Shown in pieces: positions 56,396 to 64,000 of a stretch of 64,000 nt of DNA. The stretch is taken from contig QEXX01000081.1 of the NCBI GenBank assembly GCA_003130835.1, positions 4,467-68,466 on the forward strand, written 5' to 3'. The position numbers were made by a program, and so were the translations under genes. The DNA is from Anaerolineae bacterium. GTDB taxonomy: Bacteria; Chloroflexota; Anaerolineae; Anaerolineales; UBA4823. Within the stretch, counting starts at the first letter, position 1. The number at the start of each line of letters is the position of its first letter. The notes below the pieces were generated by a model. That model was not told where the DNA came from. It ran no database searches and was given only the letters and a program-made list of their open reading frames with translations.

Positions 56396-57055
56396 ATGAA
56401 GATCATTGTGATGGGATGTGGTCGGGTGGGTGAGCAATTTGCCCGCCTCATGGACGCCGAAGGCCATGAGGTCACTGTGGTCGATACCGATGAAAGCGCC
56501 CTAGAAAGGATGAAACAAGGCTTCGGCGGCCGGGTGATTTTGGGTGTGGGTTTCGACCGTCAAATCCTCATCCAAGCAGGCATTGAACGGGCAGAGGCCT
56601 TTGCCGCCACCAGCAACTCGGACAATGCCAATATCGTTGCAGCCCGCATTGCTCGCAACATCTTTCACGTGCCAAAAGTCGTAGCCAGCCTGTATGACCC
56701 CCGACGGGCAGAAATCTATCGCCGTCTAGGCTTGTTAACCTTCTCTTCTACCGCTTTAGGCGCTGAGCGGGTAAGAGAATTGTTGACCTATCAAGAGCTG
56801 GAACCGATGATGACCTTTGGCAGCGGCGAAGTCGCCTTGGTCAATCTCGAAGCCTCGCCTTTGCTCGAAGGAAAACAAGTGCGCGACCTAACTGTGGCAG
56901 GAGAAATCCATGTCGTCTCCATCTCGCGCCAGGGTCAGGCAATCTTACCCTTACAGGGTACAACCATACGAACCCGGGATTTGATCTATATCGCCGTGCT
57001 CACCTCGGCATTAGAGCGGCTAAAAGCGCTTTTAGGCTACGCAGGAGGAGTTTGA
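56396..57055 (+). CDS. trkA: TrkA-family (RCK) potassium uptake regulatory protein
   Basis: IIVMGCGRVG, GVGFDRQIL..AGIERA and TNSDNANI; C-terminal TrkA_C. Confidence 0.9.
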   Translation: MKIIVMGCGRVGEQFARLMDAEGHEVTVVDTDESALERMKQGFGGRVILGVGFDRQILIQAGIERAEAFAATSNSDNANIVAARIARNIFHVPKVVASLYDPRRAEIYRRLGLLTFSSTALGAERVRELLTYQELEPMMTFGSGEVALVNLEASPLLEGKQVRDLTVAGEIHVVSISRQGQAILPLQGTTIRTRDLIYIAVLTSALERLKALLGYAGGV

Positions 57056-57057
57056 AA

Positions 57058-57726
57058 ATGTTTGTGATGATTGTTGGCGGTGGAAAGACCGGCTCCTTTT
57101 TGGCCGGGCATTTGCTTCAACTTGGACATCAGGTGCGGCTCATCGAAAATCGTCCTACGATTGTTGAGCGTTTAGTAAAAGAGTTTGGGAAAGAAATTGT
57201 CTTGCTGGGGGATGGCAGTTCGCCAAGTGTGCTCGAACAAGCCGGCATTCACGAAGCCAATGTCCTGGCAGCCGTCACCGGAGAAGACGAGACCAATCTG
57301 GTGGTCACTACCTTAGGGCGTTTCGAATTTCATGTGCCGCGCACCATTGCGCGCGTAAACAACCCCAAGAACGCTTGGTTGTTCAATCAAGAGATGGGGG
57401 TAGATATCGCCGTCGATCAGACCGACATCATGGCGAAATTGATTGTAGAAGAAATGTCTTTGGGCGATATGATGATTCTCCTGCGTTTGCGCAGTGGCGA
57501 ATTTTCCATTGTCGAAGAGCGCGTCGATCCACAGGCGGCTGTGGTTCGTAAGGCGATCAAAGATGTCCAATTTCCATCCAACTGTACCTTAGTGGGCATT
57601 TTCCGCGAGGATCAATTGATTATTCCGAAAGGGGATACCGTCTTCCAGCCGCACGATGAGGTGATTGCGCTTGCCCACACCCAGCAGATTGGGCAGTTAG
57701 CCGCCTTGTTTGGCGCACAATCCTAA
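57058..57726 (+). CDS. trkA: TrkA-family (RCK) potassium uptake regulatory protein
   Basis: IVGGGKTG, GDGSSPSVL, VTGEDETNL, ARVNNPKN and PKGDTVFQPHDEV. Confidence 0.9.
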   Translation: MFVMIVGGGKTGSFLAGHLLQLGHQVRLIENRPTIVERLVKEFGKEIVLLGDGSSPSVLEQAGIHEANVLAAVTGEDETNLVVTTLGRFEFHVPRTIARVNNPKNAWLFNQEMGVDIAVDQTDIMAKLIVEEMSLGDMMILLRLRSGEFSIVEERVDPQAAVVRKAIKDVQFPSNCTLVGIFREDQLIIPKGDTVFQPHDEVIALAHTQQIGQLAALFGAQS

Positions 57727-57737
57727 ACAAAAGCGCG

Positions 57738-59474
57738 TTATCGCCGCGCTGCCAACCAATCCAGCAAGCGCTGAATTGACCACGTGTTGAGCACCGCTTC
57801 GGCTGTAACCCAGGCGCGGCGGGCAACCGTGACACCGAAGTGCAACAGATCAAAGTCACTTTCGCTGTGGGCATCGGTGTTGATCGCCAGCAGGCCGCCC
57901 ATTTCGACAAAGCGCCGCGCCGGCAGATCGTCCAAATCTAACCGCGATGGATGGGCATTGATCTCTAAAGCTACACCATATTCCCGAGCTGCTTGGAAGA
58001 TTCTCTCCATATCCAAATCCGCGCCTTCGCGGTTGGGGAACATCCGCCCGGTAGGATGACCGATGATGTCCACATGGGGGTTGCAAATCGCCTTGAGCAA
58101 GCGTTCGGTGACCTGCTGACGGGGCTGACGCAAGCTGGTGTGCATCGACGCTGTGACGATATCGAATTCAGCCAACACCTCATCCGGGAAGTCTAAACTG
58201 CCATCGGCACGGATTTCGACCTCAATGCCATGTAACAAGCGAATCGACTCACCGAGTTCCGCCTGCACTTGGCGGATTTCTTGGCGCTGTCGCAACGCGG
58301 CTTCAGCTGTAAGCCCGCCGGTGATGGCAAGGCTTGCCGAATGATCACTGATTGTCAACAACTGACGGCCTCGCTTGCGGGCTGCCTCAGCCAATTCCCG
58401 CACCGATAGCTTTCCATCGCTCCAAGTGGTGTGGGCGTGAAGCTCACTGCAGATGTCGGATAGCTCGATCAGGCGGGGTAAACGGCCTTCTAAGGCAGCT
58501 TGAATCTCGCCGCGGTCTTCCCGCAGTTCCGCTGGAATCCAAGGTAACCCTAGTAGCTGATACACCTCTTCTTCTGTAGCGCAAAGCACTTCCCTGCCAT
58601 CTTTGTGGGTGAGCGCATGTTCCGAAAGCGAAAAGCCTTGTTTGAGCGCCAACTCACGCAAACGAACATTGTGATCTTTTGAACCGGTGGCGTATTGCCA
58701 GGCTGTGCCAAACCGTTCGGGCGGGTGAACCCACAATTGGGCGCGCAAGCCATGCCCATATTCGAGGCTGCTTTTGGTCTCGCCGGCTGCCACCACCCGC
58801 GTAACCTCGGGATCGTTTAAGAAAGCTTGCATGACAGCATTAGAGTCGTTTGCGGCGGCTAACAGGTCTATATCCCCTACGGTGGAACGACCCCGCCGCA
58901 AGCTGCCTGCCATTTCAACCCGTTGCACGCCTGGCACCGCTTGCAGGCGGGCGATTAAGCGGACGGCAAACGGATAAGCACGCCCAATGGGAATCCGCTC
59001 CGAACGCCGTTTATAGGCTTCAATGCCGGCGAGGATGCGCGCTTCGGACTTTTCACCCATGCCCGGCAAACTGCGCAGTTTGCCCGCTCTAGCCGCTGCT
59101 TCAAGCTCTTGCAAGGTGGTAATGCCGAGTTCTTTCCAAAACAGGGCGATCTTTTTGGGGCCTAAGTCTGGGACCGGGAGCATTTCTGCCAAACTGGGTG
59201 GCACTTCTGCAGTTAACTTCTCCAAAAAGCCCAGCTTTCCGGTGGTGAATAACTCCTCGATCTTTTCGGCAATGGCTTTGCCAACGCCGGGAATTTCGGT
59301 CAGCTTACCAGATTGCCAAATATCAAACGCCTCTCGGTTCAGCTCGGCAAGCGATTCGGCTGCCTTGCGGTAAGCCAGCACTTTATAGATTACCTCGCCC
59401 TTGATTTCGGAGAGGTCAGCAATCTGTTCGAAAATTTCCGCCAATTGGCGGTTGGTGAAGCGGTGGAACGTCAC
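57738..59474 (-). CDS. polX: DNA polymerase X with C-terminal PHP domain
   Basis: AGSLRR...GDIDLL, YATGSKDHN, HAHTTWSDG, ISDHS, EINAHP.RLD and NTDAH; GTG start set at 59474. Confidence 0.95.
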   Translation of the reverse strand: MTFHRFTNRQLAEIFEQIADLSEIKGEVIYKVLAYRKAAESLAELNREAFDIWQSGKLTEIPGVGKAIAEKIEELFTTGKLGFLEKLTAEVPPSLAEMLPVPDLGPKKIALFWKELGITTLQELEAAARAGKLRSLPGMGEKSEARILAGIEAYKRRSERIPIGRAYPFAVRLIARLQAVPGVQRVEMAGSLRRGRSTVGDIDLLAAANDSNAVMQAFLNDPEVTRVVAAGETKSSLEYGHGLRAQLWVHPPERFGTAWQYATGSKDHNVRLRELALKQGFSLSEHALTHKDGREVLCATEEEVYQLLGLPWIPAELREDRGEIQAALEGRLPRLIELSDICSELHAHTTWSDGKLSVRELAEAARKRGRQLLTISDHSASLAITGGLTAEAALRQRQEIRQVQAELGESIRLLHGIEVEIRADGSLDFPDEVLAEFDIVTASMHTSLRQPRQQVTERLLKAICNPHVDIIGHPTGRMFPNREGADLDMERIFQAAREYGVALEINAHPSRLDLDDLPARRFVEMGGLLAINTDAHSESDFDLLHFGVTVARRAWVTAEAVLNTWSIQRLLDWLAARR

Positions 59475-59476
59475 GC

Positions 59477-59761
59477 TTAGCGCTCTACGACCTGAACACC
59501 TTTCCAAAAGGCGATGTAGCCCTTGATTTGTTTGGCAGCCTCTTTGGGTTCAGGGTAGTACCAAGCTGCATCACGATTGATCTGGTCTCCCACTTGGAGA
59601 TGATAGTAACTGGCAACCCCTTTCCACGGGCAAGTGGTATGCGTATCGCTGGGCACCAGATACTCCTGGCGTACCGCTTCAGGCGGGAAGTAGTGATTCC
59701 CTTCGAGGAGAATGGTTTGATCGCTTTCTGCAAGCACTTGGCCGTTCCAAATTGCTTTCAT
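59477..59761 (-). CDS. DUF427 domain protein
   Basis: LAESD, EGNHYFP, TTCPWKG.ASYY and AAWYYPEP. Confidence 0.92.
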   Translation of the reverse strand: MKAIWNGQVLAESDQTILLEGNHYFPPEAVRQEYLVPSDTHTTCPWKGVASYYHLQVGDQINRDAAWYYPEPKEAAKQIKGYIAFWKGVQVVER

Positions 59762-59834
59762 GTTTTTTCTATGCCTTTCTGCAGATGGATAAGATCAAGG
59801 GATAATTTGTCCCGAAAAATTATACCAATGAACT

Positions 59835-62099
59835 CTAAGAGAGATGAGTCAAACTGGCAACCCCCACTTGGTTGCGACCGCTCTGTTTGGCGCGATAGAG
59901 GGCTTGATCGGTGCGCTCGATGAGCGCTTTAAGGGTATCTCCTGCTTGCAACTCAGCCAAACCGACACAAATTGTCGTGCTAATCACCTCTCCATTGTGG
60001 GGAAAACGAAGGTCGGCAATGCGGGTACGCAGGCGCTCCGCAGCCGGCAAGGCTTCTTGCAACGAAGTCTCTGGCAGAAGAACCACAAATTCGTCGCCGC
60101 CATAGCGAGCTACGATATCGACTTGGCGCAACTCTGCCCTGCAGTTGGCACTGACCGCAGCCAAAATCTTATCTCCCATGAGGTGGCCATACGTATCATT
60201 GATTTCCTTAAACCGGTCAATATCAATCAGAATTAAGGTTAGAGGACGATGAAAACGATGCGCGCGCAAGAGCTCGTGTTCAGCCAGATCCCAAAAACCG
60301 CGTCGGTTGTACAGGCCGGTCAGGGGATCTGTGATGGCTTGTTGCTGCACCGCAGCATGGAGTTGAGCATTGCGCAGGGCGGTTGTCGCTGTAGCGGCAA
60401 AACTTGTCAACAAGCGCAAGTCAGCGGGGGTGAAGGCGGCTTTATGGGTTGATCCCAGCGAAAGGGCTCCATAGACGCGTTCTTCGGTGAGTAGCGGAGC
60501 AACGATCAAGGAGGAGATGAGTGGCATATCAGGAAAATCTGCCTCTACTCCAACCGAATCTTCCATTTGGATATCTTCGATTAGGAAAGGTCGGCGGTGG
60601 CGAACTGCTCGAGCGGAATAACTCTCCACGGCCGTCGGTTTGAATAAGCGGATGCGCGACGCCTCACCTGCTTGTGTGGCGCGAACCTGCAACTCACCGG
60701 TCTCCGGTACAACCAGATGTAACAGGCCGGCCTCCGCAGCCGGGATGGCACTGATGGCAGCATCTAGAATTTGCCCCAACAAGGCCTCTAACTCCAGCGT
60801 AGAAAGTAACGCTGTAGTGGCTTTTTGTAAGGCGTCCAGTTCTTTGGCGCGATGTTGAGCAATTTCCAGGGCATGTTCTTTGGAGATCGCCAAAGCAATT
60901 TGATTGGCAGCTTGTTCTCCAAAGGCAAGCTCCATTGGGCTAAACGCATGGCGAATACGGTAGGAAATCAAGATCACCCCTAGTTTTCTCTCATCGGCAA
61001 TCAGCGGTAAAGCCAAGAGGCTTTGGCTCTCTAACCGCTCGACTAAACGGGGGTTGATCCAGGGTGAAATGGAGGGTTCAGCAATGGGAATGACACGTTC
61101 ACTGTTGACCAGAGCACTGCCAAGCACCTTCAAGGCTGGCTCTCGCAGAGGGCTGTTGATCCATTCGGCTTGATAACCGTGAGCGTGGTAGATCAACGGA
61201 TATTTTTGTTGTTCATCCCACAAGGCAAATAAGCAAGTATCCGCCGAAAACAAATGACAGATTTGATCACTGAGTGCGGTTATCATCGAATGGAAACTGC
61301 GGGCTTGTAAGGCTTCTCTAGTAATTTGATTGAGCAGTGCCAACGATTGTTCGCGTTGGGCTAATTCGCGTTGGCGTTGTTCAGCTTCGCTTTGGCGGCG
61401 CTGTTGCTCTTTATAGTGAAAAACATTCTGGAGTGAAATCGATACCAAGTTGGCGACCGCATACACCACACTCAATTCCTCAGGTGTGAAGGGATTCGTG
61501 CGTTGGCTTGCAACCATCAGTTGTCCAAAATGAGCGGTCGCATTGCGCAAAGGCGCACGGATGCGCAAGACCGCGGTAGCAGGTTGGGATGACGAAGGTA
61601 ACGAAGAAGTCTGCGATGGCGATGACAATGGCTCTCCTCGAAAGTTTGATATTTGTTTCAGTTCAGGCTCTTTGGGTAGCTCCGCTGAATGTGAAAAAAT
61701 GCGTCGCTTGCCACTTCCCTGCTCTTGCAGGATAATGTAAGCGCGTTGATACCCAATTTCCTGCTCCAAGGTCTGGATGGCCGTTCGACAAATTTGCTCT
61801 TCGTCTCTCAGCGTTGCCAGACTCGAACTTAGATCGATCAATGCCTTCTGATTGTGAATGCGGCGTTCGCTTTGGAGTAATTGTTCTGCGAGGCGTTGGT
61901 TTAAGGAATAATATTTGCGGTAAATCAATTCAATGATCCCATAAGCGATCAAGCTGCCAATACCCCAGTGAATCACATGACCCCAAACCAAACGGCCGTA
62001 GAGAGATTGGACAAATAGCGTGGCAGTAAGGATGAAAATGACAGCAATTTGGGTTAAGAGTTTCAAGCGCAGCCATTTTTTGCGGCTGTCAACATCCAT
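59835..62099 (-). CDS. GAF-domain diguanylate cyclase
   Basis: two N-terminal TM segments, three GAF-like domains, DPLTGLYNRR, RQVD I-site and intact YGGDEF. Confidence 0.92.
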   Translation of the reverse strand: MDVDSRKKWLRLKLLTQIAVIFILTATLFVQSLYGRLVWGHVIHWGIGSLIAYGIIELIYRKYYSLNQRLAEQLLQSERRIHNQKALIDLSSSLATLRDEEQICRTAIQTLEQEIGYQRAYIILQEQGSGKRRIFSHSAELPKEPELKQISNFRGEPLSSPSQTSSLPSSSQPATAVLRIRAPLRNATAHFGQLMVASQRTNPFTPEELSVVYAVANLVSISLQNVFHYKEQQRRQSEAEQRQRELAQREQSLALLNQITREALQARSFHSMITALSDQICHLFSADTCLFALWDEQQKYPLIYHAHGYQAEWINSPLREPALKVLGSALVNSERVIPIAEPSISPWINPRLVERLESQSLLALPLIADERKLGVILISYRIRHAFSPMELAFGEQAANQIALAISKEHALEIAQHRAKELDALQKATTALLSTLELEALLGQILDAAISAIPAAEAGLLHLVVPETGELQVRATQAGEASRIRLFKPTAVESYSARAVRHRRPFLIEDIQMEDSVGVEADFPDMPLISSLIVAPLLTEERVYGALSLGSTHKAAFTPADLRLLTSFAATATTALRNAQLHAAVQQQAITDPLTGLYNRRGFWDLAEHELLRAHRFHRPLTLILIDIDRFKEINDTYGHLMGDKILAAVSANCRAELRQVDIVARYGGDEFVVLLPETSLQEALPAAERLRTRIADLRFPHNGEVISTTICVGLAELQAGDTLKALIERTDQALYRAKQSGRNQVGVASLTHLS

Positions 62100-62103
62100 T
62101 CGT

Positions 62104-63210
62104 TTACCCCGTTTCTTTACGCTCTTGATTCTCCTCAAGTGGCAAAAAACCTCGGCCGAGGATTTCCTGCGCTGGGATGACGATCACAAAGGCTTTTTGA
62201 TCGACTTTGCGGACGGAGGATTTGAGTTGGTTGATTTCGGTTATCGTCAAAGCGCAAATCAATATGCGGTGTTCCTTGCCGGTGTACATGCCGGTGCCGG
62301 CCAAGGCTGTGACGCCGCGGTGCATATCCTTTAGGATAATCTCCGCAATTGCTTGTGCTTGGTCGGTAATGATCATTGCCACCAACTGCTTGCGGCGGCG
62401 AGAGGGGCGGAACCACGGTTTGCCGGCTTCAGCGGTCGGCTGACTCAGCGGCAGGCCGCGCGTCTCTTCCAGATAGCGGGGCAAAACTTCGCCGCTTGCC
62501 TGCTGCAGGGGAGCAGTCGCCAAACTGATGGCAGCCATGAGGAAGTAAAAAAGAATTCCCCCCGCTAGGACCACAATGCCAGGAATGCTGCCAATGGCTG
62601 CCCGCTGCATCAGCTCATCCCAATGGGCGATCATGGTCGGATACATGGTCAGCTTGGCAAGCCATGAGATGCCTAAGATTAAGTAAATCCACAAATAATT
62701 ACGGCGCAGACGTCGTCCAATGGCTTCCCACATGGAGATGGGAAAATCGGGGTGGAGCAGGTTTTCAGCCAGGCTCTCTGCCCAATCCGGGGCAGGGTGG
62801 AAGGGAGGCACCAGCATAGCAGCGTAGAAATCCGTCTCCATCAGGCGCACTCGATAGGACCACAATTCGTAGTAACGGTATCGACGCGCCTCGATGTAGA
62901 GGAACAGGGTGATCAAGAGCGTGTTCAGGATGATCACCCCATGAAAACCATTTGGGTCAAACGCCAAGGCAATGGCTGCGCCGGTAGTGATGACCGCCCA
63001 GTTGGTGGTCGCATCCAGCCGCTGCCGCCAGACATTGGCACGCTGGACCTCGGCGCGGAAGAAGTGCACCATTGCCGTGGTAAATTCGCTCGCCTTTAGG
63101 CGATAACCGCGGTAGGTCCACACCGCCTCGGAGGTTGTAGATGAAGCCTCCTCTGGAGCAGACGACTCAAAGGGCGATGTTTCGGTTTGCTTCTCCTCGT
63201 TTGTTGCCAT
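62104..63210 (-). CDS. DUF2270 membrane domain fused to a DUF2179 (YitT C-terminal-like) domain
   Basis: HFFRAEVQRANVWRQRLDATTNWA and EARRYR (DUF2270); RGVT...G.GMYTG...LIC...VDQKAFV...EILGRGF (DUF2179). Confidence 0.8.
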   Translation of the reverse strand: MATNEEKQTETSPFESSAPEEASSTTSEAVWTYRGYRLKASEFTTAMVHFFRAEVQRANVWRQRLDATTNWAVITTGAAIALAFDPNGFHGVIILNTLLITLFLYIEARRYRYYELWSYRVRLMETDFYAAMLVPPFHPAPDWAESLAENLLHPDFPISMWEAIGRRLRRNYLWIYLILGISWLAKLTMYPTMIAHWDELMQRAAIGSIPGIVVLAGGILFYFLMAAISLATAPLQQASGEVLPRYLEETRGLPLSQPTAEAGKPWFRPSRRRKQLVAMIITDQAQAIAEIILKDMHRGVTALAGTGMYTGKEHRILICALTITEINQLKSSVRKVDQKAFVIVIPAQEILGRGFLPLEENQERKETG

Positions 63211-63227
63211 TTTACAATAGTTAGATT

Positions 63228-64000
63228 TTACACCCAAGTCGGTTCCCGGTATACTCCAAAGACACGCTTCATCACGCCGATAATCTCGCCTAGCGTGGCG
63301 TAGGCGCGCACGGCCTCCAAAATGTAGGGCATGGTGTTTTCACTTCCTTCGCAGGCGATGCGCAGCCGGTCAAGAGTTTGCCCAACGCGTCCGTTGTCGC
63401 GCTCCTGACGCAACTTGCGCAGTCGCTCGATCTGGCGCGGGTAGCCCTGCGGATCCATTTCTAATAGCGGGATGGTGATCGGTTTCTCATCCTGATAGGC
63501 GTTAACGCCGACAATGCGGCGCTCGCCTCGGTCGATTTCCTGCTGATAGCGATAGGCTGAGTCGGCAATTTCGCCTTGGAAGAAGCCTTTCTCGATCGCC
63601 GGCAGAACGCCACCCAAGGCTTCGATGCGGCGAAAATAGTCATACGCCTGCCGCTCGAGGCGATTGGTTTGTGCTTCGACAAAGAACGAGCCCCCCAAAG
63701 GATCGACCGTGTTTGCCACCCCCGATTCCTCGGCAATAATCTGTTGAGTGCGCAGGGCGATGGTCACCGCTTGTTCGGATGGCAGGGCAAGGGCTTCATC
63801 CATGCTGTTGGTATGCAGAGACTGAGTGCCCCCTAACACGGCTGCTAAGGCTTGAATGGCAACGCGCACGATATTATTTTCGGGTTGCTGGGCAGTGAGC
63901 GAAACGCCGGCCGTCTGGGTGTGAAAACGCATCAGCCAAGAACGGGGATTCTGTGCCTTGAACGTGTGGCGCATCTCGCGCGCCCAAATCCGCCGCGCGG
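63228..64000 (-). CDS. methylmalonyl-CoA mutase family, large (substrate-binding) subunit, partial
   Basis: [40 protein letters not shown] and ATLGEI; frame open to the window end. Confidence 0.95.
   Translation of the reverse strand, partial: ARRIWAREMRHTFKAQNPRSWLMRFHTQTAGVSLTAQQPENNIVRVAIQALAAVLGGTQSLHTNSMDEALALPSEQAVTIALRTQQIIAEESGVANTVDPLGGSFFVEAQTNRLERQAYDYFRRIEALGGVLPAIEKGFFQGEIADSAYRYQQEIDRGERRIVGVNAYQDEKPITIPLLEMDPQGYPRQIERLRKLRQERDNGRVGQTLDRLRIACEGSENTMPYILEAVRAYATLGEIIGVMKRVFGVYREPTWV

Noticed and set aside
1-64000. rRNA, tRNA (including tRNA-Sec), tmRNA, prophage genes and autonomous transposases
   Set aside because: None recognised on reading the intergenic regions and ORF track; a tRNAscan or Rfam run would be needed to exclude divergent cases

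Overview
64 kb of bacterial chromosome, about 55 genes, by eye roughly mid-to-high 50s % GC. It probably comes from a Chloroflexota/Anaerolineae-like organism; this is inferred from the fused GlyQS, the LysM/M23 lipoprotein array and the RpoD with insertions. Housekeeping genes: dnaG-rpoD, argG-argH, fused glyQS, polX, nagA, adenine deaminase and a partial methylmalonyl-CoA mutase. No rRNA, tRNA, CRISPR array or transposase was seen. Notable items: (1) two peroxiredoxin-family genes that the ORF track truncates because each has an in-frame TGA exactly at the redox-active Cys position followed by a SECIS-like hairpin, so they are likely selenoproteins (one fused to glutaredoxin); (2) a composite REP/BIME-like palindrome family, with three copies captured in-frame as a 31-aa repeat inside a glycosyltransferase-FkbM ORF; (3) an AT-richer two-gene island (HNH nuclease plus methyltransferase-HIT fusion), a candidate defence module; (4) an ORF-less unit with promoter and terminator at 34.5-34.8 kb with a 6S-like rod fold; (5) a KimA-like transporter, a Na/K-ATPase-like P-type pump and two TrkA genes in one operon; (6) a GntR-linked operon of APC permease, phosphoesterase, nucleotidyltransferase and FGGY kinase with an exact 19-bp upstream repeat; (7) a 125-bp MITE-like element with a 6-bp flanking duplication; (8) four tandem LysM/M23-like lipoproteins. 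All family assignments come from motif recognition by eye; no database searches were run.
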